A stretch of DNA of 59,817 nt from Lachnospiraceae bacterium (GCA_030536455.1 JAUNPZ010000001.1:5811-65627); one strand, 5' to 3'. Numbered from the stretch's first letter, positions 1-11,138 are shown. Notes: generated by a model from the sequence alone, not told the origin. Translations and numbers: made by a program.

Positions 1-246
1 AAGCAGGCTGACAGAAGCAAGGAACGACATGTGAACGAATCGAGAAGCTGGTTTGCATTCAGGCTGCCGGAGCATCTGCAAAAATCCCGTTTACCAAACG
101 GGATTTTTAGCGGGCCGCGCCCGAAGGAATGTACATCCGGTACATTCCTGAGTTGGCCCGCGGCAGACGCGCAGACAGAATGAATGCTTAGCAGCTTCCG
201 ATGAGCGAACCGGAGTGACGGCTTCTGCCAGTCTGCTTCATGGCGT
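1..246. repeat. Nested palindromic (REP/MITE-like or structured RNA) element, left end probably cut by window edge
   Basis: Complementary arms 1-18/221-238, 39-50/192-202, 55-61/181-187, 80-92/96-108, 110-116/155-161, 125-134/140-149; 192-246 recurs at 15264-15318. Confidence 0.8.
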
Positions 247-274
247 CCCCCTCGATACAATGAAGCATCTCTCT

Positions 275-1027
275 CTACAGAACCGCCACTGCCACCGCCA
301 CTGCCGTCTCACACACCGTCACAAAAAAGCCTGCGGTATCTCCGGTGATTCCGCCAATCTCCTTATAGCTGCGGAACCGGTAATATCCAAAGGAGACCAG
401 CGAAGCCGCCGCCACCAGCAGTCCACCCGGCAAGGAAATTCGAACCAGGAAAACAAGGCAGAGCGCAAGCTGCACCAGCAGGACCACTTTCACCGTCCGG
501 GCCTGGGCACGGTCCGCAAACCAGCGCAGAAGCCCTTCCTTTTTTGCAGAGCGAAGGCAGACCACACCAAGGCCGCTTAAGGTCCGGGACAGAAAAAATC
601 CGCCGCCCAGAAGCGCCAGCCTGGGAAGCTCCTGAATCTCCGAGTAGGCTCCCATATAAATCAGGTAATTCAAAAGCAGCATAATCACGGAAAATGCGCC
701 GATATGAGCATCCTTCAGTATTTCCAGCTTCTTCTCCTTTTCCCGGTAGGAGTGGAAGGCATCCATGGTATCCATGTAGCCGTCCACATGAAAGCCGCCC
801 GTCACAAGCAGCGGGATGGCCGTTCCGATACAGGTAAAGCAAAACCTGCCCACCCCAAATCTCTGACAGAACCATCCCCATGCCACCGTCAGCAGTCCAA
901 TCACAGCACCCACCCACGGAAAAAAGCAGAGCGCATATTTCATATCATTTTCCTTCCATTCAAACTGAGGCATTGGAATGTTTGAATACATGGAAAATGC
1001 AATGATACCGGATTTTATGATTGTCAT
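275..1027 (-). CDS. cobS: Adenosylcobinamide-GDP ribazoletransferase (cobalamin synthase)
   Basis: Hydrophobic 250 aa; TGGFHVDGYMDTMDA, ILKDAHIGAF and GGITGDTAG motifs. Confidence 0.95.
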   Translation of the reverse strand: MTIIKSGIIAFSMYSNIPMPQFEWKENDMKYALCFFPWVGAVIGLLTVAWGWFCQRFGVGRFCFTCIGTAIPLLVTGGFHVDGYMDTMDAFHSYREKEKKLEILKDAHIGAFSVIMLLLNYLIYMGAYSEIQELPRLALLGGGFFLSRTLSGLGVVCLRSAKKEGLLRWFADRAQARTVKVVLLVQLALCLVFLVRISLPGGLLVAAASLVSFGYYRFRSYKEIGGITGDTAGFFVTVCETAVAVAVAVL

Positions 1028-1031
1028 TCTG

Positions 1032-1571
1032 TCATCTCCCCTCTTTTATCACCACCGGAATCCCCACGATTACCTCCACCACCCTGTCCGCCATCCGGGC
1101 AAGTTCCCGGTTAATCAGACCCAGCGCCCGCATGTAATCCATGGTGGTGTCATCGTAGCGGATTCCGTCCTCGAACACATTGTTCGTCACAATTACCAGA
1201 TGCTTCAGATGCTCCGAAAGCGTTTTTACCTCCCGAAGGATTTTTTCAGCGGTCTGCTGGCTGCCCTTCCGTTTTTCTCCGTCAAACATCTCATTTGCCG
1301 TCAGGTTGGACATGCATTCCAGAATCGCGGACGGTCTCTCCGCCTTCATCTTCCCCGCCGCCTGACCGATGTCCACCGGCTGTTCTATGGTCACAAAGCC
1401 TTTTCCGGCCCGGAGCCTGCGGTGGCGCTCCACCTTCTTTCTCCCCTCCTCACCGTAGACCTTCATGGCCGCCAGATAGTAGTTCTGCCCGGTTCCCGGA
1501 AGGGATGCCAGAACCTCCTCGGCATATGCGGATTTTCCGCTGCCGCTTCCCCCTGTCACCAGAATCACCAT
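1032..1571 (-). CDS. cobU: Adenosylcobinamide kinase/adenosylcobinamide-phosphate guanylyltransferase
   Basis: LVTGGSGSGKSAYAE P-loop, HRRLR, TIEQP; start re-picked at MVILVT after GAAGGGAG RBS. Confidence 0.93.
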   Translation of the reverse strand: MVILVTGGSGSGKSAYAEEVLASLPGTGQNYYLAAMKVYGEEGRKKVERHRRLRAGKGFVTIEQPVDIGQAAGKMKAERPSAILECMSNLTANEMFDGEKRKGSQQTAEKILREVKTLSEHLKHLVIVTNNVFEDGIRYDDTTMDYMRALGLINRELARMADRVVEVIVGIPVVIKEGR

Positions 1572-1602
1572 TGCCTCATCTCCCTTCCGCCCTGTCTTTT
1601 CC

Positions 1603-2691
1603 TCAGCAGAACCGCTCATACGGCTCCACCTCCATCTTTGAAAATGTGGTCCGCCCCCGATAAAGGGCTGCCGCCAGATCGAGCAGGGCAAACATCATCA
1701 CCGCTCCGGTTCCCTCGCCCAGCGCAAGGCCGCCGTCAATCACCGGCGTCAGCTGAAGCTCCTTCATAATCTGCTGCATCGCAGGCTCCCGGCTCATGTG
1801 GGAGGGGATGAGATAATCCCGGACGCCGGGCACCAGACGGGAAGCCGTCAATGCCGCCACCGCGCTGATTACGCCGTCCAGCACAACCGGAAGATGATAC
1901 CGGGCGCCGCCGATACACACACCGGCAAGACCTGCAATATCCAGCCCGCCTACGGCCGCAAGAATCCGAAGGGTCTCCTGCTTTTCCTGCATGAACGCAT
2001 CCTCATCCGGCCTCCGGTACCGCTCCAGCGCCTCCTGAATCACCTGCTTCTTCCGCGCCAGTCCGCTGTCGCTCAGCCCGGCGCCGCGCCCTACGATATC
2101 GGCTGCTTCACAGCCCAGCAGCGCGGCTGCCACAGCACTGCTGGTGGTGGTATTTCCAATTCCCATTTCCCCCGTAGCCACCAGACGATAACCGGCTTCC
2201 TTACACGCCTTCACCATCTCCATGCCTGTGGCAATGGCCTCCAGCGTCTCCGCCTCTGTCATCGCCGGTTCCTTTGCAAAGTTCCGGGTGCCGCAGGCCG
2301 CCTTTTTCAGACGCACGCCCGGAATCGGCTCCTTCTGATTGATTCCGATATCCACCGGAATCACATCAGCTCCAATCTGCTGCGCCATCCGGCAGACCGA
2401 GGACTGGTTCTGTCCCATGGCTCTTGCCACCGCCGCCGTCACCTCCTGGCCGGACTGGCTGATTCCCTCCTCCACGATTCCATTGTCCGCGCACATGACA
2501 ATCACCGCTTTTTTTCCGATGTCAAGGTCCGCATCCTCCAGAATCGCGCCAATCTGCGCCGTCAGGGTCTCAAAACGCCCCATGCTGTCCAGCGGCTTCG
2601 CCAGGTTGTCCCAGCTCTGCTTCACCTGCCGGCGGACGTTTTCATCCGGCGGCTGAATATGCAGCTGCATCAGTTCTTCCTTTTTCATCAT
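1603..2691 (-). CDS. cobT: Nicotinate-nucleotide-dimethylbenzimidazole phosphoribosyltransferase
   Basis: [30 protein letters not shown] motifs; ATGA overlap with cobQ. Confidence 0.95.
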   Translation of the reverse strand: MMKKEELMQLHIQPPDENVRRQVKQSWDNLAKPLDSMGRFETLTAQIGAILEDADLDIGKKAVIVMCADNGIVEEGISQSGQEVTAAVARAMGQNQSSVCRMAQQIGADVIPVDIGINQKEPIPGVRLKKAACGTRNFAKEPAMTEAETLEAIATGMEMVKACKEAGYRLVATGEMGIGNTTTSSAVAAALLGCEAADIVGRGAGLSDSGLARKKQVIQEALERYRRPDEDAFMQEKQETLRILAAVGGLDIAGLAGVCIGGARYHLPVVLDGVISAVAALTASRLVPGVRDYLIPSHMSREPAMQQIMKELQLTPVIDGGLALGEGTGAVMMFALLDLAAALYRGRTTFSKMEVEPYERFC

Positions 2692-4223
2692 TGAATCTTC
2701 GCCTCCCGCAGACTTTTATATATCCGGTCCATGTCCAGATACTCACGCAGAACCGCCGCCAGCTTGTCATACTGCATTTCCTTAAACGAACGGTAATCCA
2801 GAACCGCTCCGGTATCCAGAATGACTCCCTTTCTTTTTGCCAGAAGCTCTGCCACCTTCACGGCGATGCCCTCCCGGTCAAAGATGCCGTGGACATAGGA
2901 GCCGTACACATTTTGCTCAAATACCCCGTCCCTCTTCCATCCGGCACCAGCATTCAGAACCGACACGTTTCCGGTTCCTCCTTCCTCCCGGCAGTTTTCT
3001 CTCACATGAGCTTCTCCCATACGGGTTTCCCCCATATGGATTTCGTATCCGGAAATGGCCATCCCGGACAGCTCCTTTAACGGCCCCTCCAGCACCCCGA
3101 AGGTTCCGTCCACCCGCGTCCGCACCTTTTCCGGCTGCAGCACGGTCTCCACCTCCAGAAGCTCCATGCCCCGGATGCTGCCTCCTGCCTCCACGCCGTC
3201 CGGGTCGCTGATTCGGCTGCCCAGCATCTGATAGCCGCCGCAGATTCCAAACAGGATCGTGGAATCGGCCCGTTTTTTCACGGCTGCCTCCAGCCCGTTC
3301 TGCCGCATCCACCTCAAATCATCCATGGTATTCTTGCTGCCCGGCAGGAAAATCATGTCCGGCTGATGCAGGTCGTCCGCCGATGCCACATACCGCACCG
3401 ACACCCCCGGTATGGTTTCAAATACCGCAAAATCCGTAAAATTCGAAATCCGCGGATAGCGGATCACCGCCAGGTCAATCAGCCCCTCCGCCTTCCGGTC
3501 GAAGCGGGCCGTCAGGCTGTCCTCGTCCTCGATGGAAAGCTCCATATAGGGCACCACTCCGGCCACCGGAATCCCGGCCCGCTCCTCCAGCATCCGGATT
3601 CCCGGCTCCAGGATGGTCTTGTCCCCACGGAATTTGTTGATGATCAGTCCGGCAATCCGCTTTTTTTCCTCCTCTTCCAGAAGCAGGATGGTGCCGAGAA
3701 GCTGGGCAAATACACCGCCCCGGTCAATGTCTCCCACCAGAAGCACCGGCGCGTCCACCATTTCCGCCATCCCCATGTTCACGATATCCTGTTCCTTCAG
3801 ATTGATTTCCGCCGGACTTCCCGCTCCCTCGATTACGATGATATCCGCCTGCTCCTCCAGCTTTCGGAAAGCCCGCTTGATATCCGGAATCAGCCTGCTC
3901 TTATACGCAAAATAATCCCTTGCCTTCATGGTGCCCAGAACCTCTCCGTTCACGATTACCTGGGAACCGGAGTCACTGGTAGGCTTTAACAGAATTGGAT
4001 TCATCAACACGGAGGGCTCGATTCCGGCCGCCTCCGCCTGCATCACCTGGGCGCGGCCCATCTCCAGCCCCTCCCTTGTGATAAAGGAATTCAGCGCCAT
4101 ATTCTGAGACTTAAATGGCGCCGTCCGATAGCCGTCCTGCTTAAAAATCCGGCAGAGTCCAGCCACAAGAAGGCTCTTTCCTGCGTTGGACATGGTTCCC
4201 TGAACCATGATTACTTTTGCCAT
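2688..4223 (-). CDS. cobQ: Cobyric acid synthase (CbiP/CobQ)
   Basis: [46 protein letters not shown]. Confidence 0.96.
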   Translation of the reverse strand: MAKVIMVQGTMSNAGKSLLVAGLCRIFKQDGYRTAPFKSQNMALNSFITREGLEMGRAQVMQAEAAGIEPSVLMNPILLKPTSDSGSQVIVNGEVLGTMKARDYFAYKSRLIPDIKRAFRKLEEQADIIVIEGAGSPAEINLKEQDIVNMGMAEMVDAPVLLVGDIDRGGVFAQLLGTILLLEEEEKKRIAGLIINKFRGDKTILEPGIRMLEERAGIPVAGVVPYMELSIEDEDSLTARFDRKAEGLIDLAVIRYPRISNFTDFAVFETIPGVSVRYVASADDLHQPDMIFLPGSKNTMDDLRWMRQNGLEAAVKKRADSTILFGICGGYQMLGSRISDPDGVEAGGSIRGMELLEVETVLQPEKVRTRVDGTFGVLEGPLKELSGMAISGYEIHMGETRMGEAHVRENCREEGGTGNVSVLNAGAGWKRDGVFEQNVYGSYVHGIFDREGIAVKVAELLAKRKGVILDTGAVLDYRSFKEMQYDKLAAVLREYLDMDRIYKSLREAKIQ

Positions 4224-6364
4224 GTTCTCTCTTCCTCTCCGCCAAAGCTGATGATAAAAATCGGATTTTCTGCCTGCATCAGATGATACCGGCCCAGCTC
4301 ACGGCTTTTCGATACGTTCACCTGGATGATTTCCATATCCCGGTATTCCGGGAACTCCTCCGTCAGAGCGGAAACCAATGCCATGGTTTCCAGCGTCACC
4401 GCATTCAGGACGAAACGGGCCTTCTCATTCTTCCGCCGCACGGCACGGATGATTTCCGGAAGCCGCCCGCCGCTGCCGCCGATAAATACATGGGTGGGCG
4501 CTTCCAGCCCCTCCAGACAGTCCGGCGCTTTTCCCGGCACGATTTCCATGGAAACCGCCTCGAACCGTTCCCGGTTTGCCGCCAGAAGCTCCGCCGCCTC
4601 CCGGTTCTGCTCCACCGCATAGACCCGTCCGGACCGGCAGTACCGCGCCGCCTCCACCGAGACGGAGCCGGTTCCCGCACCGATATCATAGAGCACGCTG
4701 TCCGGCTTCAGATGGAGCTTGGATAAGGAAAGCACCCGGATTTCCTCCTTGGTCATCGGCGTTTTCCCCCGCACAAAACAGGCGTCCGGAATACCGGGCA
4801 GATCCGGAAAAGCAGCCTCGTTGGATGCCTCCGGATTTTCTAAAAGCAGCACCGACAGCGGGTCGAACCGTTCCCCGGCAAATGCAGCCGGATACCCGGA
4901 CGCAATCCGCTCTTCCGGATAAGACAGCCGCTCGCCGACCGTCATCTTCACCTGGTCAAGCCCGGCCTCCAGCAGCATCCCTGCGATATCCGGGACATCC
5001 GAAGCCTTTCCCAGCAGCAGACAGATCTTCCGGTTTCCGCGCACCAGAGGAAGAACCGGGCACGCCTTTCCATGGCAGCTTTCCAGCCGCACCTCCTCCC
5101 AGGGAATGCCAAGCCGGTCCAGGAAATAAACCGGGGACGCAACGCCAGACACTGCCCGGACCTCAAACCCATCCAGGCATGCACGCACACCGGCCGCGCC
5201 GGAATAAAAGCCGATATCCCCGGAAAAAACAACCGCCGCCCTTTGATATTCCGGGTGCAGCTTCAGGAAAGCGGCGATTTCCGGCCCCCGGTAGCTGGCA
5301 AAGCAGTCTGTCTCCTCGGCGATTTTCCGGCAGCTCTCCAGCACCCGCCCGGCTCCAATCAGCACATCGCAGGTTTTCAGGCAGCGCCTGGCCTCCACGG
5401 TCATGCTGTCCTCACTTCCCATCCCGGCGGCAACCAGATATACGGTCCGCTTTGGCGCGGGCAGCGAAAATTCCGTCCGGAGGAAATCCAGCGCCTCAGA
5501 AATATGCATGGACCGGAATCCGGCATCTGCCCCGACGGCTTCCTCCTGTTGTCCCGCCAAAGCGCCGGACGGCTTCTCCGGATTTCCCGGCCGCCTTTCT
5601 TCCTCCGGCCGCCGCACGATTACCAGGCCGATTCCTTCCTCCAGCGCCGCCTCGCATTTTTCCGGATATCCGCCCGGAGCGCCGGACTGCTTCGTAACCA
5701 GCCACTTCGCTCCCGTCTGGCGGATCATGCAGCGGTTCATCTCCTGACTGAAGGGGCCCTGCATGCCAATCAGATTCCTTCCCTCGAAGCCAAGACGGCC
5801 GCAGCTCTCCACCACCGGGGCAATCGGAAGGACTCTGGCCACGCAGCGTTCCCGGTAACCGTCTATCGCCATGTACTCCGCCAGCTCCTTGCTTCCGGTC
5901 GTAATCAGGATCCGGCCCTCCGTCTTCTTTAAAAATTCCGCCGCCTCCCGGACGCTGTTCACAAAAGTAACCGAACCGCAGACGCCATTCCTGCCGACGG
6001 TCCGTTCACCCACGCTTTCCGGCCCGCCATTCAGCCCGCCTTCCGGTGTGTCATCCGCCTCTCTTTGAATCCGCAGATATCTCACCTTCCGGCGCCGGCA
6101 CGCCTCCCGGATATTCCCGGTCACAACCGAAGCGTAGGGGTGGGTGGCATCCAGACAGCAGACCACTTCCCGCTCCGCCAAGAATGCTTCCATCTCCGCC
6201 TCCTCCATCGGGCCTGCGTGGATGTGGATATTTTCCTCCCTGGGAAGCAGGCTTTCCCCATACGCAGTTGCCACGCTGACATGCACCTGCAGGGGGACGC
6301 CCCTTAATGCCTCCGCAAGCTGACGGCCCTCCGCCGTCCCGCCAAATATTGCGATTGCCGCCAT
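4211..6364 (-). CDS. cbiJ/cbiE/cbiT: Triple fusion: cobalt-precorrin-6A reductase (CbiJ) + precorrin methyltransferases CbiE and CbiT
   Basis: N-terminal IFGGTAEGR and DATHPYA (CbiJ); central GMGS and SGDIGFYSG (CbiE); C-terminal PMTKEEIR and [12 protein letters not shown] (CbiT); start at MAAIAI after AAGGAAGG. Confidence 0.92.
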   Translation of the reverse strand: MAAIAIFGGTAEGRQLAEALRGVPLQVHVSVATAYGESLLPREENIHIHAGPMEEAEMEAFLAEREVVCCLDATHPYASVVTGNIREACRRRKVRYLRIQREADDTPEGGLNGGPESVGERTVGRNGVCGSVTFVNSVREAAEFLKKTEGRILITTGSKELAEYMAIDGYRERCVARVLPIAPVVESCGRLGFEGRNLIGMQGPFSQEMNRCMIRQTGAKWLVTKQSGAPGGYPEKCEAALEEGIGLVIVRRPEEERRPGNPEKPSGALAGQQEEAVGADAGFRSMHISEALDFLRTEFSLPAPKRTVYLVAAGMGSEDSMTVEARRCLKTCDVLIGAGRVLESCRKIAEETDCFASYRGPEIAAFLKLHPEYQRAAVVFSGDIGFYSGAAGVRACLDGFEVRAVSGVASPVYFLDRLGIPWEEVRLESCHGKACPVLPLVRGNRKICLLLGKASDVPDIAGMLLEAGLDQVKMTVGERLSYPEERIASGYPAAFAGERFDPLSVLLLENPEASNEAAFPDLPGIPDACFVRGKTPMTKEEIRVLSLSKLHLKPDSVLYDIGAGTGSVSVEAARYCRSGRVYAVEQNREAAELLAANRERFEAVSMEIVPGKAPDCLEGLEAPTHVFIGGSGGRLPEIIRAVRRKNEKARFVLNAVTLETMALVSALTEEFPEYRDMEIIQVNVSKSRELGRYHLMQAENPIFIISFGGEEERTWQK

Positions 6365-6434
6365 CTGTATGTCCTTCCTTTCCGCTTTTTCCGGTCTTTC
6401 CCGGCGCATTCCCTCACACCGGATTCTCCAATGG

Positions 6435-7178
6435 CTATCTGGCCCTCTCCTCCAGCCGATACCCTCTCGGCGTTACCATGCGCCCGCCGATTTCCTTCGT
6501 CCGGGAGCTTCCGATAAACACCGTGGTAAACATATCCGCCTCAAATTCAGCCAGCTCCTCCAGGGTCAGAACCCCGAACTCCTGTCCCGGTCTTCCAATC
6601 TGCTTTACATAGCCGCAGACCGTATCCGGCCGCTGCTGCTCCATCACAACCCGGCACGCCTTCTTCAAATAATCCTTCCGCTTACGGCTGGAGGGATTGT
6701 AAAGGCAGATAACCAGGTCCGCCATAGACGCACACCGCAGCCGCCGCTCGATCATCTCCCAGGGGGTTAAAAGGTCACTTAAGCTGATGACCGCAAAATC
6801 ATGTCCCACCGGCGCTCCCAGCACGGCTCCGCCGGACAGCACCGCGCTGACCCCCGGCACTACGATGATTTCCACCTGGGGATATTCCGCTCCCAGCTCC
6901 ATAAGAAGTCCGGCCATCCCGTACACGCCGGCATCCCCGCTGCAGACCATGGCCGTATCCTGCCCGGCCGCCGCCTCCATAAGAGCCATCCTGCAGCGCT
7001 CCACCTCCTGCTTCATGGAAGTGGTCAGATACCGCTTGTCCGGAAAACGCTCCTTCACCAGGTCCACATAAACCGTGTATCCGGCAATCACCGGACAGCT
7101 TTCCAGCACCTCCAGCGCCTCCAGCGTCATCCCGGCCGGCTTTCCCGGACCGATGCCTACCACATATAATCTGCTCAT
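6435..7178 (-). CDS. cbiH: Cobalt-precorrin-3B C17-methyltransferase (CbiH/CobJ)
   Basis: VVGIGPG, SGDAGVYGMAG, ISLSDLLTPW, LYNPSS, TPRGY. Confidence 0.95.
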   Translation of the reverse strand: MSRLYVVGIGPGKPAGMTLEALEVLESCPVIAGYTVYVDLVKERFPDKRYLTTSMKQEVERCRMALMEAAAGQDTAMVCSGDAGVYGMAGLLMELGAEYPQVEIIVVPGVSAVLSGGAVLGAPVGHDFAVISLSDLLTPWEMIERRLRCASMADLVICLYNPSSRKRKDYLKKACRVVMEQQRPDTVCGYVKQIGRPGQEFGVLTLEELAEFEADMFTTVFIGSSRTKEIGGRMVTPRGYRLEERAR

Positions 7179-8233
7179 GTAAATGTTAAACTCCTTTTCT
7201 TTTCCGCAATCGCCAGCGTCACCCGGCCATAGATTCGTTTTCCGGCTGTCAGCCTGCCGCCGGACGCCGCCAGCGCGCTCCGCTCACACACATTGGAAAC
7301 GCCGGTCACCTGCTTCACAAAGTCCGATTCGGCCGCGCTGCCCTCTACGCAGGAAAGCGCCTCCGCCGAAAAGGTCCGGTATTCCAGACCGTGTCTGCGG
7401 CAGAACGACACAATGCCTTCTTCCTCTTTTTTTAAGTCGATGCTGGCCACGCAGCAGACCGAACGCAGGTCCGCGCCCTGCTCCCGAAGGCCGTTATCCA
7501 CCGCCGCCTCAATTTCCGCCTCCGTTATCCCCCTTCGGCAACCGATTCCCAGCACAAGTGTCCTTGGAATCAGGTGCAGGGTTTCCAGAAACGGCGGCGG
7601 CTCCGGCCGGTTTCTTCCGATGTAGATGCCAAGCCTGCCCTTCTCCTTCGTTGAAAGCTCCTCCGGCCAATGCTCTCCGGCCGAAACTGGAAGCTCCGAA
7701 ATCACGCCAACGGCCCCGCCTTCTAATATATGGGCGGAAATCCGTTTCGCGCAGCTCCAGTCCGTAAGGGTCAGATGATTTCCTGCGGCAAATACATCCA
7801 CCGCAAATTTACCGGCCCGGTCCGTCGCTGTCGTCACCACCGCTTCCGCTCCCAGCATGCCCGCCAGCTCAACGGCCAGTTCATTGGCTCCGCCCCAGTG
7901 GCCGGACAGGATGGGGATGCTGAAGCGCCCCGCCTCATCCATCACCACCACCGCCGGGTCCTGGGATTTATGTACCAGACAGGGCGCGATGCACCGGACC
8001 GCGATTCCCGCCGCACACAGAAAGACGATGGCATCCACCTTCGAAAACCATTCTCCCACGCAGACGGACAGCGGCTCCTTCTCTGAGATTTCTTCCAGAC
8101 TGCTGCATTTGACCTTGCAAATGTACTCCGTATCCGGATAGCAGGCCTGAATCTCCCGGCGCAGCCTCTCCTGCAGGGCCCAGGCCCGTCTGCTGCAGGC
8201 CAGAACCAGGATTTTTTTCGGGAATCCCTCCAT
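7175..8233 (-). CDS. cbiG: Cobalt-precorrin-5A hydrolase
   Basis: GIAVRCIAP, DPAVVVMDE, LSGHWGGAN, TTATD, GIGCRRG. Confidence 0.95.
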   Translation of the reverse strand: MEGFPKKILVLACSRRAWALQERLRREIQACYPDTEYICKVKCSSLEEISEKEPLSVCVGEWFSKVDAIVFLCAAGIAVRCIAPCLVHKSQDPAVVVMDEAGRFSIPILSGHWGGANELAVELAGMLGAEAVVTTATDRAGKFAVDVFAAGNHLTLTDWSCAKRISAHILEGGAVGVISELPVSAGEHWPEELSTKEKGRLGIYIGRNRPEPPPFLETLHLIPRTLVLGIGCRRGITEAEIEAAVDNGLREQGADLRSVCCVASIDLKKEEEGIVSFCRRHGLEYRTFSAEALSCVEGSAAESDFVKQVTGVSNVCERSALAASGGRLTAGKRIYGRVTLAIAEKKRSLTFT

Positions 8234-8235
8234 CT

Positions 8236-8994
8236 TTATCCTTCGCTCCCCTTCCGGTATTCCGTGGTAAATGTTTTATCATACAGCTTTGACCGCGCAG
8301 AACCTCCATTTAACACATTTCCCACGATAATCAGCGCCGTTTTTGTGATATTCTCCTGCTCCATCCGCTCCGCAAAGTCGGAAAGCGTGGCCCGCAGAAT
8401 CTTCTCCTCCGGCCAGGTTGCCTTGTAGACCACGGCAACCGGCGTGTCCGGCCCGTATCCGCCTGCCTCCAGCTCCTGCTTCACCTTTCCGGCAAGCCCG
8501 GAGGACAGAAAGAGAATCATGGTGGTCTGATGGGCCGCCAGGTCTCTTAAACGCTCCTTTTCCGGCACCGGAGTCCGCCCCTCCGCCCGCGTGATGATGA
8601 CGCTCTGCGCCATCTCCGGCAGCGTATATTCCAGTCCCAGGGAGGCCGCCGCGCCGAAGAGCGAGCTGACGCCGGGGCATACCTCATAGGGAATCTTCCG
8701 TTTATCCAGCTCGTCCATCTGCTCCCGGATTGCACCGAAGATAGAAGGGTCGCCCGTATGGAGCCGCACCGTCAGAAGGCTCTGCTCCTCTGCCGCTTCC
8801 ATCACATGGATGACCTCCTCCAGCGTCATAAACGCACTGTTGTGAATCTGGCAGCCCTCCTTCGCTTCCTTAAGAAGCTTTGGATTCACCAGCGAGCCTG
8901 CATAAATAATCACATCCGCCTGTCTCAGATACCGCTGTCCCCGCACCGTGATCAAATCCTCCGCCCCCGGCCCGGCTCCTACAAAATGAACCAT
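8236..8994 (-). CDS. cbiF: Cobalt-precorrin-4 C11-methyltransferase (CbiF/CobM)
   Basis: MVHFVGAGPG, YAGSLVN, RLHTGDPSIFGAIREQ; start re-picked. Confidence 0.95.
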   Translation of the reverse strand: MVHFVGAGPGAEDLITVRGQRYLRQADVIIYAGSLVNPKLLKEAKEGCQIHNSAFMTLEEVIHVMEAAEEQSLLTVRLHTGDPSIFGAIREQMDELDKRKIPYEVCPGVSSLFGAAASLGLEYTLPEMAQSVIITRAEGRTPVPEKERLRDLAAHQTTMILFLSSGLAGKVKQELEAGGYGPDTPVAVVYKATWPEEKILRATLSDFAERMEQENITKTALIIVGNVLNGGSARSKLYDKTFTTEYRKGSEG

Positions 8995-8995
8995 A

Positions 8996-10342
8996 CTAAC
9001 ATTCCTCCAATATCCTTTCGGCCTCCTTCGTCTGTCCCAGATAGCCGTATTTTTCCGAAAATAACACCACGCCGCAGACCATCCCCGGACCGCAGCGCCG
9101 CTCTGTATGCTCCTCAATCTTCTGGCAGATGCTTTTTAAAACCGGCTCCCTTAAGCCCCACTCCGTCAGAAGGTCCAGCATCTCATCCGTATTGATGCAG
9201 CCCATCATCTGCTCCGCCATCTGCGTATTGCCGCCGCAAAGCACCGTATGGACGGCAAAGATCTCCGCCCGGCCGTCCGCCGTCCTGGAATGGGTATTCA
9301 TAATCCCAGCCGCCAGCTTCACCAGCTTTCCGATATTTCCCACCAGAAGCACCCGTTCCATCCCGTAGCCCGCCGCCAGGTCCAGGGTTTCCCCGATGTA
9401 ATTGCTGCATTTAATACTTTTTTCCAAATCCAAATGCAGATACCGGTTCAGATAGGCCTGACCGTAATTGCCGGGCGTCACCAGAAGGGTCCGCTCTCCC
9501 AGACGGCTGCGCTGGCGGATTTCCGTCTCGATGGTGTCCACGATGGCCTTCTCGCTCATGGGCTCCAGGATTCCGCTGGTTCCCAGGATGGAGATGCCGC
9601 CCATGATTCCCAGCCGGGGATTAAAGGTTTTCTTCGCCAGCTCCGCCCCAAGCGGCACCGCCACCCGGATAAGCAGCGGCTTTCGGCACCCGGCCAGCTC
9701 ACAGATGCTTCCCACCGCCTCAAAAATCATCCTTCTGGGTACCACGTTGATGGCCGCCTGGCCGATTTCCTGCTCCAGCCCCGCCTTCGTCACCCGGCCT
9801 ACGCCGATGCCGCCATCCAGATAAAGATTGGGATACCGGTCACTGGCAAATGCCCGGCCCCTCCAGGAAACATCAGCGGACTGCTTTCTGGCTTCCCCGC
9901 CTTCCGCCTTCAGATTTTCCACAAATTCCACACTCACCCAGATTTCGGCCCCATTGGTCACATCCGGGTCGTCCCCGCTGTCCTTCGTGACGCAGCACCA
10001 GGCCCCTTTTCCCGAAGTTCCGGCAGGCTCCGGCTTCTGCCCTCTCGTTTCCTCACCCGGTGCGAACCCGGCGCTCCATTCCGGCTCCTCTCCCGGCACG
10101 AATCCGGCGTTCCATTCCGGCTCCTCTCCCGGCACGAACCCGGCATTCCATTCCGGCTCCGACTCGGACACCTTCACCGGAACCGTCACATCCACTCCCT
10201 TCGGCGTGTGGATGACCGCCGTTTCCTTCTTTATCCCAAGAAGCAGCCATGCTGCCGCCCCATCGGCCGCCGCCGCGCAGCAGGTGCCGGTGGTGATGCC
10301 GCGGCGCAGCAGCTTCTGATTTTTTAAAACATATTCCTGCAT
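8996..10342 (-). CDS. cbiD: Cobalt-precorrin-5B C1-methyltransferase
   Basis: LRRGITTGTCCAAAA, KDSGDDPDVTNG, NPRLGIMGGISILGTSGILEPMS; start at MQEYV. Confidence 0.95.
   Translation of the reverse strand: MQEYVLKNQKLLRRGITTGTCCAAAADGAAAWLLLGIKKETAVIHTPKGVDVTVPVKVSESEPEWNAGFVPGEEPEWNAGFVPGEEPEWSAGFAPGEETRGQKPEPAGTSGKGAWCCVTKDSGDDPDVTNGAEIWVSVEFVENLKAEGGEARKQSADVSWRGRAFASDRYPNLYLDGGIGVGRVTKAGLEQEIGQAAINVVPRRMIFEAVGSICELAGCRKPLLIRVAVPLGAELAKKTFNPRLGIMGGISILGTSGILEPMSEKAIVDTIETEIRQRSRLGERTLLVTPGNYGQAYLNRYLHLDLEKSIKCSNYIGETLDLAAGYGMERVLLVGNIGKLVKLAAGIMNTHSRTADGRAEIFAVHTVLCGGNTQMAEQMMGCINTDEMLDLLTEWGLREPVLKSICQKIEEHTERRCGPGMVCGVVLFSEKYGYLGQTKEAERILEEC
10051..10158. repeat. 3 x 36-bp in-frame tandem repeat inside cbiD (EPEWNAGFVPGE)
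   Basis: Units at 10051, 10087 and 10123. Confidence 0.95.
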
Positions 10343-10343
10343 A

Positions 10344-11138
10344 TTATGAGTTCCTCTCACCTGCGCCCTCCGAAACCGACGCTCTGGAAAAGCAATACTG
10401 GAGCCGTCCTTTTCCATCCCTTACTTCACTGATGTCCAGCCCGAACACCTGCTCCAAAATGCCGGATTCCAGTATCTGCTTTCTGGTTCCGTAAGCCCTC
10501 ACCCGTCCGCCTTCCATAACCAGCAGGCGGTCCGCATACTGGAGGGCATGATTTAAATCGTGAAGCACGGCCGCCACCGTCTTTCCCTCCCGGACAAGCT
10601 CCTCCAGAAGCTCCATCAGCTCAAGCTGCCAGGACAGGTCCAGGAACACGGCAGGCTCGTCCAGGAGAAGCACCGGCGCATCCTGGGCCAGCGCCATGGC
10701 CAGGTACACCTTCTGGCGCTCTCCCCCTGACAATTCCGATACCGGCTTATGGCAGAGATGCTCCATTCCCATCCGGGAAAGGGCCATGGCCGCCCGCTCC
10801 TCATCCTCCTTCGTATAATGCCCGGAGGCCGAACGGTAGGGAAAACGGCCGTGAAGCACCATCCGCTCCGCCGGAAGCCGGCTTTCACTCCGGTTCTGGG
10901 GCAGGTAAGCGATTTTCTTCGCCAGATTTCGGCTGTCCCAGTCCTGTATCCGCTTTCCATCCAGCAAAATCTCCCCGGAACGGATTTCCGCCTGCCCCAT
11001 CATGGCTTTCAAAAGCGTACTTTTCCCGCTTCCGTTAGGACCTACAATTGCCGTCATTTTCCCCGTCTCCAGGGTCCAGTCGATGCCGTGAAGCACCTCT
11101 TTTCTCCGGTACCCGGCACTTAATCCTCTACATTCCAT
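10344..11138 (-). CDS. Cobalamin/Fe-siderophore ABC transporter ATP-binding protein (BtuD/FecE-like)
   Basis: GPNGSGKST, LSGGERQ, LLLDEP, LHDLN; start after GGAGG. Confidence 0.92.
   Translation of the reverse strand: MECRGLSAGYRRKEVLHGIDWTLETGKMTAIVGPNGSGKSTLLKAMMGQAEIRSGEILLDGKRIQDWDSRNLAKKIAYLPQNRSESRLPAERMVLHGRFPYRSASGHYTKEDEERAAMALSRMGMEHLCHKPVSELSGGERQKVYLAMALAQDAPVLLLDEPAVFLDLSWQLELMELLEELVREGKTVAAVLHDLNHALQYADRLLVMEGGRVRAYGTRKQILESGILEQVFGLDISEVRDGKGRLQYCFSRASVSEGAGERNS

Noticed and set aside
4576-5697. Long plus-strand ORFs such as 4576-5697, 9248-10327, 1798-2694 and 5072-5932
   Set aside because: Antisense shadows of well-supported cob genes in GC-rich DNA, with no motifs
10051-10158. 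36-bp repeats (also 45909-46040) as CRISPR arrays
   Set aside because: Units are contiguous with no spacers, lie in frame within genes, and no cas genes are present
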